Origin: Ramazzottius varieornatus
Taxonomy: Eukaryota; Animalia; Tardigrada
DNA length: 64,000 bases
NCBI GenBank assembly: GCA_001949185.1
Contig: BDGG01000002.1
Span: 6,686,448 to 6,750,447 of the forward strand
Direction of reading: 5' to 3'
Both the position numbers and the translations under genes were made by a program. Below the pieces are notes generated by a model. It had not been told where the DNA came from and did no database searches. It worked only from the letters and a program-made list of their open reading frames with translations. This document shows positions 14,342 through 26,977 of the stretch, in pieces. The first letter of the stretch is position 1, and every line of letters starts with the position of its first letter.

Positions 14342-14820
14342 GGATGTAGATTGCGTCGGTCTTCAGGTCAGTTAACGGCAGATGTCCGATGAATTCATTG
14401 CTATTCGTATAATTATCATCCCAGCTCAGTTCCAAGATCAGACGTTTTTCCCTCTAATGAGAATTTTACCGTGAGCTTACCTGTACTTTTGATTTTCTCC
14501 AAGTTTAGAGACCGGAAGCCTTTCTTCTCCGGAGATTTTGCCCCAACATAAGCCTACTACAGTACAGTTTTATTCGATAAAGAAACAGTTCATGACGCGC
14601 CGACGTTGAGTTATTAAAAAGAATTGACCAGCGAAAATGCAGAGAGAAATAATATATTGGTCCCATTTCCGGTTGAGACTTGAAAAGATATTGGCACGGA
14701 AAAACAGGATACTTGGTGACGATTTTCATAATAGAAAATTGGAAATATATTTTGAGTATCCATTGGAGTTCAGACTGGTCGTCGTTTGACTTCTCACTTC
14801 CGAATCTAGAAACGTCAAGT

Positions 14821-16666
14821 TTAGGCTGTGACGAAGCCGCCACTCGCGTTGGTGCTGTCTGGTACTCTGGGGTTCATGGTGTTGGTTCCAACGGCACGGT
14901 ACTCGCCTTGGGTCATACGGATGCCTCCGAAGCAGCGTCCAACAGAGTCGAAGATGGGATCTAACAGTTCGCGGAAGATGACGGTCCACAGCTGGTGATG
15001 AAAACAGCGTAAGATTACAACCCTGCTAATTGATTTCTATCTTGGAGTTCCGATAGCTAAAATTATCAAAGTGTTGGGTTTTGCCGTAGAGACTTACTCG
15101 ACCAATCCAGAAGAAGACAAGCGAGAAGATCTTGAAGAACGGAGTGAACAGGAAGTTGTTGAATGCGGTCACCAGCGCAAAGATAAGACCTGTGGAACAG
15201 TTAGTCATTAGCTAATCGCCTAATCGCGAAGAGCCTATGAGAATCGAAATGACTTGTTCACAAAATAATCAACAGACTGCATGCATTTTTTAGTGGCTCC
15301 AACTTACCCCAGACGATGGCCAAAGGCCAGGCGAAGATCGCAACGAGGAATCGGTATACCCAAATCTACAACAGCAGAAAAAAACATCTGGACGATAGGT
15401 AAGGATAACGATAACTTTCAAGGAAACATTGTCTGTACCTTGGTAAAGGAGAAGGAAGCGAATGCCCCTTTCCAGGTTCCCTCAAAGCTATGAGCAGCCG
15501 GTGTTTCGGCCAGAACGTCGTCGAACATGATCTGCAACGGGAAAGAAAGACTATCGTATCGCCCCGCAGTTCAGTCACACGACACTCACACTTAGCGTTT
15601 GTCTAAAATACTATTCACAACTCGTATCACCTAATGAATCTTGTGGTTCTTAGATCAAGTTCCTACAGGGAAGTGAGAAGCGTGAGGAGAAACAGGTCGT
15701 GGGAATTGTCGAATCTTCGAAATGTCCACACGGCCCCACTACCAGCGGACCACAGTCCATGCGACTCGATGATGGCAAGTTTGCATTATTGATGTCTTGT
15801 TTATTATCGACCCAAATGGACAAGTTCCCGATGGACTGGACATACGCGGCACATTTCTCAGTGGGGTAAACAATATCATTTCAGATAAGAAACCTGGCCA
15901 TTTCCGCCGCCGCGTGGTCTCGTGACCGTGTGGACAGCAAAGCTTGGAGGTAAATGGCCATGTGCTCGAGCATTAGATGCCACGCTCGAAGTAACTTTGA
16001 CATATTTCAGAGATAGTTTACGTTTACGTTATTGATATAGCAAAATCCCAATGATGTGGTCACAGATGGATCTGGCTGTCACTTTTAACGACTTGAAAAT
16101 AAATATAGGTCAACTTCTAGACCAAAAAAGGTCATCAGTTTATTTCTAAAATTGAACCGACTGGAAAATAATCAGATTTTCTGTCTGATTATGTCGGTTG
16201 AGACGTGGGCAAGTGCCTTTGAGCCAGATCGCTTATCCGAGTGGCGCGCACCTTCAGCACCTAACAGCGGAAACGTGCGCCACTTGAGACAATGCGCCGG
16301 TTCAATCCATTCATCTACGTCTCAAATTTTTCTTGATTTTATTTTGTCCGGGAGACTTACGTGGACTTGCCCGTTGATATGTTTCTCGTCACGGTCATAC
16401 AAGTTGAGCCCGGTGGTCCAGGACTCATCGCGCTGGGTCTTCTTGGCCTTCTCGACCTTGTGGCTGGTGGTAGTTTCCGTCAGAACCTGAATGGTGTCGC
16501 GCTGACCAGCTTGACCACCGTCGGCTGCAGTGACGACGGGGACGTCGGCATCGCGCAGTTCGATGTGCTCGACGTGCTCCTCCATCTTGGGCTTGGTGTA
16601 TTCGAACTCGTTCTCGATGGTCATCTTATGGACAGGGTCGAGGAGGGGTTGAACGGTAGTGTCCAT
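14821..16666 (-). CDS. CAV: Caveolin with extended N-terminus, 5 coding exons
   Basis: DRDEKHINGQVH|IMFDDVLAETPAAHSFEGTWKGAFASFSFTK|IWVYRFLVAIFAWPLAIVW|GLIFAL..PFFK..|LWTVIFRELLDPIFDSVGRCF. Caveolin signature, scaffolding domain and intramembrane hairpin are all recognisable. Confidence 0.92.
16199..16324. repeat. Intronic fold-back element copy 2 (core 16238-16286), caveolin
   Basis: TGAGACGTGGGCAAGTG...GAGTGGCGCGC-N25-GTGCGCCACTTG...TCTACGTCTCA. Confidence 0.82.
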
Positions 16667-18455
16667 CTGGAAAACGAATATAATTCAGAAAGCTCGAAAA
16701 TTGCTTTGATAAAGACACGTTTCGTTCCTTGTCAAACAAATACTTGTCGTGTTGGGCAGATGTTTGACGAATTGATTTGCATCTGTAGTACAGAAACCAG
16801 AAAGCCTGGAAGGCTTGTCAAATTGATAGATTTATGACTACAGGTTTTCTTCTGTCTTCCTAGACAGACAGGATCACTTTCCTGCTGGACAAACATCAAG
16901 ACAGCAACATATTTCACACCTGATGGAAATCTCAGGAATGCAGCGCGTCAGGCTGAGCAAACCTCCCAACCGAGATAAGTGCGTAATTAAGTTAGGTCCT
17001 TTCAACCAACAAGTTATTATACCTAATTTCTTCACACTTTCTATTTGGCTTGATCATTCAAAAAAGCATTTTCTCTGCTCGCATTAAATTTTTAAGATTG
17101 AATCAAGAAACTGAAGTAAGGAGAATTTTGGTAGGAACTTAGTACTGGTCTTTCAGCATTGAAATCTTACCTTTGTGGGAACGGTGATATCAAGAAGATA
17201 GCTTCCAGAAGATTCAGGTCAGAGTAGCCCAAAATTTTGGAGAAGGTTCACAGTTGTGGAAATTGAGCGTGCTCTATGTGATGTGAATCGATGGTTATGC
17301 GCTTGACCAGATGCAAGAGTGCCACTTTCAATAATGGCGTGCGGAATCTGTCAAGGCAAGCAGTACAAAGGGCGTTTGACTGGTCCAAGCGAGCGGCTAA
17401 AGCATGGAGGAGTAATCGTCCCTTCTATTTTGATCTTGTTTGTGTATAGAGAAGGCAGAGCCGCGCGCAAATTCCTGCTGGACTCCTGCATCACGCATGG
17501 TGGCCCGACAGAGTGCTCTTATATGGTTTTGGTCAGAGGGAGTAGGCAGGGGAACAGCAGAGGTACGATCAAAATGGCGTGTATCCCTTCCTGGTCTTCC
17601 TAATGGTTCTGTTTGGACTGGCTGAAACTGGCCTTGCAGTTCTCGCGCAGCTTCGGTGTGGCAGCGGCCATCAAACGCCGCATCTTCTCCATGTTGAGCG
17701 GCGTTGCGAGAGATATCTGAGCTCGCGAGGCCGAATCCGGGAGAAGTAATATGAGAACCAAAGGACGAAATTGATCCCTTCTTTAAAAATTGGTTTAAAT
17801 AGCGTGATCAACCATGATAAAATCCGTCGTGAAGCTTGGGATGTTTGAAATAGTGAGGGACGCTGTCGGCAAAGCTGCCGAGTTACGACGTCGACTTATC
17901 ATCAGGCCATCATACGGAATGACGCAGTCCAGTGAAAGGCGCTCAAGAATTAACAGATAGCGAATTATTTTTGACTGAAGGAACATGGCTTCGATAATTC
18001 CGTGTGAGAGAAACTTGAACTTTCTAGAGGATTTTTAAGGTCCGTCTGAAAATAGAAATTTAGCTACAAGATTCACAATACGGTGAAGCTTTCTTGTTGG
18101 TTCACGGGAAGGGGTTTCTGTGATCGGGATGGGTGTTCCTGTTATGGGTGGATTGTGAACGTCCAAACTCAATTATCTTTCTCTGAAAAATCGCTAAAAA
18201 TCATTTGCGCTTTTCATTACAACATGAAAATGCGTTCAACTGTTTACAAAGCAGCACGCGAAGGACGAAGACATATTATCAAGCTTTTTCAATAGCCCGA
18301 GGCTTTGTGGCGGTGACGGTCGAAGGTTCCTGGTACACGGGAGAGCAGGTGATTATCCTCGAATGTCGCACTACGGGATACAACCTTCGACTAATGCAGA
18401 AATTCTTTGGACAAGTTTGCAGTGCTTCATTGTCAGCCTAATTTTTCGTTTTAGC

Positions 18456-19658
18456 ATGACTTCACTAGTTTCGACATTTGTGTCGATTGGGTTGTTGTTG
18501 TTGACAGGGTACGGAAGATGCTTGGAACGGATAAAGATAGTCAAAGTGTCCGTGTGGGAAGAAACGGCGGACTTCGGGTCCTTCAAGTCAGGTCCCGTCA
18601 TAGACCTGGGTGTCGAGTACCTTCACCGCCACTTCGACAATCTACGCTTCACCAGCGTCATTTCTGCACCAAAGACCATAACAACCTGCGACCTGATGGA
18701 ACGCCGAGCTGCTTACATCACAACACGGTATTACTTCGAGTCTGGTGGACGAGACTCCATCATGGCTTTCTTCGGACCAGGTGGGGTCATGTTCCAACTT
18801 TCGGTATATTGTATAGGCTAACATGATTTCCCCGCAGGTTGCTCCGGCGGACTGAACTCTGTAGCGCTTCTTTCACGAGGTACTTCAACACACAAACTTC
18901 CGTTTTACATTTCCATACTCTGCGTAAAAGGGTTTTCCAGGATGGGAGTTTTCTTTTCCAGGATGGAATGTGCCTGTATTTTCCAAGTAAGACTTGTCTT
19001 CTGTTGCAGTTCCGATCAGTCAGAATTTTCCTGACAGTATTTGAAAGATGGGCAAACAAAACGGACAAGATTGTGATTTTGTGCGGCGCAAGTTTTCATT
19101 GTCGTTGCCACTTGAGAAAGCAATCTTGTCCATTCCGTTTACCCATCTCCTTGTTTCCCCGTTTTCCTTGTTTTAGTTTTGGGACCGACGACGCGTATTC
19201 GTTCGAGACTTTTTCGATCTTGACCAGGGTATCGCCTTACTTGCCGCTCAACCTGTACAATTTTGTTTCCTCCGTACACCAGTACTTCGGTTGGACGACC
19301 GTCGCAATGGTTTGTGAACAACTTCCTATCAGCTCAAGCGGCGCGTACCCAGACTGTACCCGAATGTACAACCACATGGTCAGCCACGGGTTTGACACCA
19401 AAAGAGCCAACTTGGAGTCCAACGAGACAGACTCTAACCTCGTGCAAGTCCTTCGACGAATACGGAACTTTTCCAGAGGTAATACAGTAAGGTACTGTAT
19501 TTTGAGACATAGCAAAACACGGTAACACCGGTAGATGACTGATAGCGTTCCCATGATAGCCGTCGATTGCTTAGAGCTCTACAGCCTGTGTGGTGGTTCT
19601 CGCCCTCTTGAACGGAGCGACGAACCAGTCAGACAACTGCAGCACTCTGGACACATAG
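18456..19658 (+). CDS. Partial rGC-type ligand-binding (ANF receptor) ectodomain paralog with no TM, kinase or cyclase domain
   Basis: Signal peptide, then TTCDLMERRAAYITTRYYF..MAFFGPG|CSGGLNSVALLSR|..|LTRVSPY, which aligns exon-by-exon with the downstream rGC ([25 protein letters not shown]|[13 protein letters not shown]|..LTRLSPY). The last clear exon ends at 19478; the end given uses the candidate terminal exon 19585-19658. Confidence 0.75.
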
Positions 19659-20775
19659 AGTCTATAGCCCATTCATCAGTACCACTAAGGGCTGATGGTG
19701 TTCTCACGATGACCGTCCGCTGCTTGATGTGTTACAGCGCAAGCTGTATTCGTGCTTCCCTCGACCGGAGCTCCAGGAACATAGCGTACATTGAAGCTCT
19801 CAGGACTCATCATTATTATAGAAATGTGACCCAGGAAATAGTGTTAGGGATGTTAGGACCTGCTGTTTCAATTAGAAAAGTACAGATTAGAAAACAGTCT
19901 TTTCGAGTTGCGAATGGAAACCCGAGATGATACATCGCGGGCCACACGGCAGTACTGTCAATAGCTGACAGGGTGTCCTCATGATGAGATGGATTCCTAC
20001 GAGTTCTGCAGCGCAAGTGCTGCTGTTTGCTCTCTTGAACGAGACGAACACCAGCACATACTCCTGCAATGCTCCGGAATCACATTACAAAGAAAAATAT
20101 CCAGGATCTGGTGCCAGCAGTTTTATGTCTACAAAATTAATAGAAATATCAAGAACAAAAATATAGGAGTCTTTAGCGGTTGCAGATGGATGAGAGCCTC
20201 GCCAGGTGGAGGATGAATCACCTATTCGAAGCAAAATTATGTGAAACTAAGCCAGGAGGGATTCTACCCGAGCAGGGTGCGTGTCTATCGGTTGATTCTC
20301 GATTAAGTATTATCGGGGGCTTACATAGCTGCTGTTTTCGCTGTGTTTGTCTCAACAGTGAAGCTAGGTGCCACATGATCATCGACCGCAAATGGTAAGC
20401 ACCTTTCGCTTGGGCTGCTCCTCTTCCTTTCGTCCAGAGGTTGTATTGTATGAAAACAGGAAGCTGTAGCAAGGTCGTGTAAGCTGATTAAACTGGCCGT
20501 CGAGAGATGTAAGGTGGGGCTGGCGGCTATTCAGCGATCGAGTACCTGTTATGGAGCATCCCTTTGACTGTCTGTGATATGAGGGCGGAAAAATCAATTT
20601 TTACCTCTTGTCAGGCAGGAATTACCTTGTCGAACCTTTTCATCGATTTTTGAGGGACCCTGCTGCTCTTTTTCTCGTGGCTTCTTTCTTCACACAAGTA
20701 AACGTAGATCGTGGAACCTTTCAGTCTCTCCCTTTCTAGAAGGCCGTCTTGCGATCGTGCAGCTACAACAACAAA

Positions 20776-23700
20776 ATGGCCGCTAGTCCAGGTGGGAAAG
20801 CCTCGTTGGCCATCCTAGGCTTGATTCTTCTGTCTGGAACTGCCTTTGCGCTAGTCGACATTGCCCTCATAGAATTCGTGCTATGGGGAGACAAAACGAC
20901 CACCAGTCTGGCTGTTTCGGGAGCCTTCTTCGACATTGGCGAAGCTGAATTAATCCAGATGTACGGCGACAAGATGAACTTCTCTCGGGTGCGAATCTTC
21001 GACCGGAACGTCACCACATGCGACATGATGGACCAGAAAGCCACCTTCTGGGCAACGCGATACTTTTATCGCGAAGCTGAAGGAAACCCTGTCATGGGCA
21101 TGTTCGGACCTGGTACGCATCAATCCGTCCAAGATTTTGTTCTGGTGACAGCAGTGTGAATATATGGAATATTATTTCTCCAGGTTGCCCAACCGCCGCT
21201 GCTTCCGTTGGACACTTGGCTCGAGGTCAGTACGGAAGAACTTCGTTGTCTACTCGTAGGGTTAGCGCATGATGTTGTGTTGTGATATTACTCCATTGTT
21301 TTCACAGCATGGAACAAGGTGATGGCGATAACGTAAGTGCAGCCAAACCGGGAGTGAAATATGCTTATCTAGCTAGTTGATTAATACTGTCACGCATTGC
21401 AGGATTGCCGGGGACCCAGCGGTCACGAACAAGAAGCGCTATCCAACGCTGACTCGTCTATCTCCCTACATCCAAGAGGACCTCAACATGTTCGTGTTCA
21501 AGCTCCTCAACCAGTACTCCTACAGTACTGTCGGTATTCTCTGCGACGACGCGAACGATGTCTTGCAGGTAAAAGGGCAAGCGGAAGATTCTTCGCAGAA
21601 GCCCTGTTGACCTTTGTGTCTCTCCCTCCTTGGTAGATCTACGTTCCTATGTGCACGGCCCTCTTCGATACGCTACGGCTGCAGTTCAACGTGACTGCCA
21701 GTCGATTTTACGTCAATGCCAGCGACACCACCAACGTCAAGCATTACCTTGATGAAATCAAATCCATTGCAAGAGGTGGGTAGGGAAGAGATGCGCTTGT
21801 TGATCAGGAGTGGGATGTGCAGGCCTGGTCTAAGGCATGACCTTTCGCTGGCAGAGTCCATTAGACAGATGAGACATGGCAATTAATTGACGAGGGTGTC
21901 AGATGTGATTAAGGTCTTCGTCGAGCAGCACGAACACTTAACAAGCCGCACCGGAAATGTGGTGAGATGTATATAGCTGCGCGAGGTTCTCCAGCCGTAC
22001 TTTACTTAGCAGATAAAATTAATTTCGAACCGTTACGTATATGGTTAAGAACATTATCAAAACCAGATGAACCTCCTGGTAGCGTTAAGTGCATTTTGAC
22101 AGGAAATTCTCTGTAATTTGACCTGACTTCAACCAATGAAAGACTGCCAAACAGTACTCGGTGCAAGAATTTTATTTTCTAATGTTCTTTGCCATTTCCA
22201 GTTGTGATCATCATTGCTTACGGAAGTCGCATTCGACCAATCATGGTTAGTCAGTAGGCTTTCGATATTCCGAAATTTTTGCTGTAAATTCGATTTCGAA
22301 ATCGGACTAACGGACTTTTTGTTTACAGTTGAACGCACTGGATCAGGGCATGACAAACGGCGAATACGTGAGTTCTCACATATAGGACTTCGTAAAGATA
22401 ACCCGGTGTCATTGCTGATTTTTTTCCCTGTGCACGTATAGGTCTACTTCACCTTCGAGCTGTACCCCAGTGCTAATTTCTTCGGTAACATGTCGTGGTA
22501 CACGAACAATGTGGATGGAAGGGATGAGGTATGCTTGTCTGAGCAATATGGCACCTACCTGCCCTTCCGCCAGCCGATGCCGATCGACTATAGGCATTTT
22601 GCAAACCTCAATGGGCAAATAAACAACAGTATTACTTTACAGGACGCCAAACTGGCTTATCGATCGCTCTTCGTCATCTCTTTGCGCAACGATGTGACCG
22701 CCGAGTACAACAACTTCACGGAACGAATCAAGAAGGTGTCTGCCGAGCGCTACGGCTACACTTACGCGCCTAATGAAGAGGTGAGCCTTCCATTATCTTT
22801 TTACCGCTCACTTGACTGTTAATTCTGCTCCGCGAATCATCATCTATACTGCCGTGATCTTCTTTGCAGGTCAACCCATTTGCTGTTGCTTACTACTTTG
22901 CTTTGCACATGTATGGAGAGGTAAGCCTTACAAGGAGACAGTTTCGTAGCTGGTTTGCGGTCTTCGTAACGATGTGACTTGGACGTCGGTAAATGACTTC
23001 AACATCGCACGTGTTTATTCTTACTGGCTGACAGTGTGCGCCATTCAGGATTGCGATCATGTCAGTTCGTTGGCGGAGGTCCCACTTCTCGAAGTGACAT
23101 GAAAATTGCGTGCGAGTTTTGTAGGCTATGGTGGCACTTCTTGATCTTTGTAGGTTTTAAACATTACGATCTCCAACGGCGGGAATCCAATGGACGGTGT
23201 GGCGCTGAGCAGGCTGATGTGGAATCGAACCTTCACCATCTTGGGCAAGACGATCAAGATCAATGCCAACGGTGACCGTGAATCGGACTGGGCTCTCCAG
23301 CAAATGAGTCCCGAAGGGCGTTTCCGAGTAAGTGGATAAACATTAGATCTCCCTCGAATGAGTTCGATACTGGTGATTGAACGGTGGTGGTATTCTTGCA
23401 GGCCGTAATGGAGTACAGTGCGAGCAACCAGACCCTCTTCAAGAGCAAGCGCACCTCGGACGGGCACACCCGAGATATTGTGTGGTACAACCGCGACTCT
23501 CCTCCACCCAACGAACCTCGTTGTGGTTATCGCGGAATCAAGCAAGAGTGCGAAAACGGTACGGACCAACACAACAGTCATGACAGTAATTTTCATCTAG
23601 TTAGGAACACATGTGAAGATGGGTGATTTCTCATACAGAGCAACGTCGCATCCTCGCTATCGCTCTTAGCTCGGTCGTCGGCTTGGTTTTCATCTGTGCC

Positions 23701-26451
23701 ATTGCCACTCTCCTGATTTACCGGTAAATCTGTTCCATTTCCATGTGAAGGTTTTTACCAGTTTGAAACTGTGATCTCTCTTTTATGCAGAAAAATCAAG
23801 TTGGAATCGGCTTTGAGTGATCCCTGGTGGCGTGTGGAGAAGGAGGAACTGAACCAAGCCTCCATGAAGGTCTCCAGCCAGTCTCTCAGCAAGCTCAGCT
23901 TGGTAAGTGGCTCGACTGTTCAGGTCTCTGTTTCCTTTCCTGGAAGTACTATGAAAGCATGGCTTATGACTACAGAAAACCGCTGACAATACCTCTCACG
24001 CCAGCTCGGTCGGTAAGACGCAGGTCTTCGCCAAAATCGCTTCGTACAAGGGCAAAACCGTGGCGGTCAAGAAGATGGAGACTACCCGTCGTTTCAACCC
24101 CGCTCGTTCCGAATTGAAGGAGATCAAGAAGGTTCGTTTTGCTGAACGTCTTGTTACTTTTCGCCAGATCAAATTACCAAGTTTGTGCGTTGCAGATGAG
24201 GGATATGGTACACGAGAACATGAACCGTTTCGTGGGCATTTGTGTCGAAGACACCCAAGTGCAGGTCCTCACCGAATACTGTACCAAGGGTAGCTTGTCG
24301 GACGTCATGGAAAATGACGCGCTAAAACTGGACTGGCCTTTCCGATTCTCATTGACGAACGATGTCATTTCCGTAAGAGCAATGTCACGCGTTTTTAGCA
24401 AGAAACAACGTTTTGAGAAATTGCCAAAGTAGGCCAATTATATTATTCGCTATCTGATCTTCAGGGTATGACTTACCTGCACGATTCGCCTATCGAGTCT
24501 CACGGCAATTTGACCAGTTCTAACTGCGTCATCGACAGTCGCTTCGTCCTGAAGATTACTGACTATGGCATGGCTTTCTTGCAAAACTTTGCTAGTTCCA
24601 AGGAAGCGGACAACAAGTCAGACTACTTCCGCCTGTTGTGGCGAGCTCCCGAGCACCTCCGCGCGCCTATGCCCCCGAAAGGCTCACAGAAGGGAGATGT
24701 GTACAGCTTTGGTATCGTGGTGCAAGAAATCATCCTGCGTTGTGAACCTTTTGGATCTCCAGATGTCAAACGCTTGCCCATGGATCCATACGGTACCCCT
24801 TACCTCACTTCTGAAACAATGCTCTATAACAATTTCAAATTATCAGAATATACTGTACAAGGCTGTTTTATGTTCCAGCTATCGTCACGGAAGTCATCAA
24901 GGGGACGAACCCGCCTCTTCGTCCTCATGTACCAAAGGATGCCTGCCCGGCTGAACTGTACAACCTGATGGAGGCTGCCTGGTCGGAAGACCCGGACAAG
25001 CGACCAACCTTTAAGGAAATTCGGTCGGCCTTCAAAAAAATTCCGGGCGTAGAAACGGTACTTTGGCATTCAGAAAGACGAAGATGTGTGGTAAGCTTCA
25101 TCGTTTTGATGGTTTTAGGGTAATTTGATGGATAACTTGTTGAAACGTATGGAGACCTACGCTACCGATCTGGAGGCTTTGGTTATGGAGCGAACCGAAG
25201 CCTTCTTGGAAGAGAAGCGAAAGTCGGAGGAGCTTTTGTATCAAGTGTTGCCAAAGTAGGTTTCTGGGTTTTGTCAGTGGGGCATACATCGAATGTCGAG
25301 ACAAATAACTCATCTTCTCCTCCAGGTCTGTCGCAGAGCGATTGAAACAAGGAAAGTCCGTGGAACCGGAAGCTTTCGAGAAGGTCTCAATCTACTTTTC
25401 CGACATCGTGGGATTTACAACCCTTTCCGCAAACTCGACTCCCATGCAAGTCGTCGATTTACTGAACGATCTGTACAGTAAGTTTTGTATTCGAGTATCT
25501 AGACTTTAAGGTAGCGATTGTCTGTTTACGGTGGTTTCTTTGCAGCTTTGTTCGATAGTATTCTCGACGGGTTTGATACATACAAGGTCGAAACTATTGG
25601 GGACGCATACATGGTAACTGTTCTCGAACCAATTCGTAAATTGTTCATGCAAAATAACAACTCTAACTGGACAATATGATAAGGTCGTGTCGGGTTTGCC
25701 GATTCGAAATGGCAACCTTCATGCTCGAGAGATCGCCCGTATGTCGCTGAGACTTTTGGAGGCCATCAAGAAGTTCAAGATTCGCCATCGACCCACCGAT
25801 CAGCTGAAGCTGCGTATCGGACTCCACGCGGGACCTTGCGTCGCTGGTGGTAAGTCCTTCATCTCGTACAGAACTGCCACGCGAAAGCGCAATTCGTACT
25901 AGGAAAACAAGTAGTTAACCGCTTTCGAATATTTCCAGTTGTCGGCCTGAAGATGCCTCGCTACTGTCTGTAAGTTCGTGTCTGTGAAACTTACATGATA
26001 AGCCACCTGAATGAGACGTTGTTAGGTTTGGTGACACGGTCAACACAGCAAACAAGATGGAAAGCCACGGAGAAGCTCTAAAGATTCACGTTAGTCCCGA
26101 TCTGAAAACTATCCTTGACGACTTTGCCACGTTTGATTTGACCCTACGTGGAGAGATTGAAGTCAAGGTACTGCGGGTTTTTTGCAATGTGCTCTACAGC
26201 AGTGGAGCAATTTTTTTCCTTATTTGGTGTCATAGGGCAAAGGACTGATGACAACTTGGTGGTTGAATGGCGAGAATGTCCCTGATGGCGAGGCACCTCC
26301 TGCGGTCGATGGAGCTCCGGGTTCGGATGCCCCACCTGCAGCTGCTGCGGCACCGGCACCAGAACCGGCTCCCTCTAACACCGAAACGGTTGAAGTTCCA
26401 GCTGCCGCAGCGGAGCCTGAGCCCACCGGAAACTCGAACGCAGTGGGCTAA
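20776..26451 (+). CDS. Receptor guanylyl cyclase (NPR/GC-A-like), multi-exon
   Basis: Signal peptide, ANF ectodomain and TM ([24 protein letters not shown]). Kinase-homology domain ([30 protein letters not shown]). Cyclase domain ([32 protein letters not shown]). Confidence 0.95.
22979..23084. repeat. Intronic fold-back element copy 3 (core ~22999-23047, left-side deletion), rGC
   Basis: TGGACGTCGGTAAATGA..CATCGCAC..TTACTGGCTGACAGTGTGCGCCATT..GGCGGAGGTCCCA. Confidence 0.78.
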
Positions 26452-26977
26452 GAGCAGTAAGTGAGAAGGATTACCGGGAATCAGGGAATCTCGCAGACTT
26501 TCTGTGAAACGATCGGTTAGATTTTTTTGTTGCAGCCGACTACGATATCCATACCCGGAAGTCCCATGCGCTTTGCCGAAAATGCTCACCTTTACCGCAA
26601 TCTATATGTCTAATATGAGGAACCCTAAATTGTACTTGCCGCTAGATGACTACTTTTCAATTTGCAAATTGTTTCCAAACAGTTGAAGTCTGTGCGGTTC
26701 GGAAGTTTCATCACAAGAGCACAACGGTCAACCGGAAGTCTGGACTTCTGGAGCTGTATCCGTCCCGTTAATTTTCTCCGCAGTTTCACTCGCTAAGATT
26801 GTTATTTCTGCCAGGCAATGCACGACGTGTAGTAAATAAAAAACAGTACATGTTATAGAAAAAGAGAAAAAGAAAAATGTACTTGAAAAGAAAAGACCGA
26901 GGAACCGGGGTTATTCACCATGATAAGACTGAATGCAGAAAGTGGTAAAAATAATCTGGGTTTTCCCTCGAGTCAGG

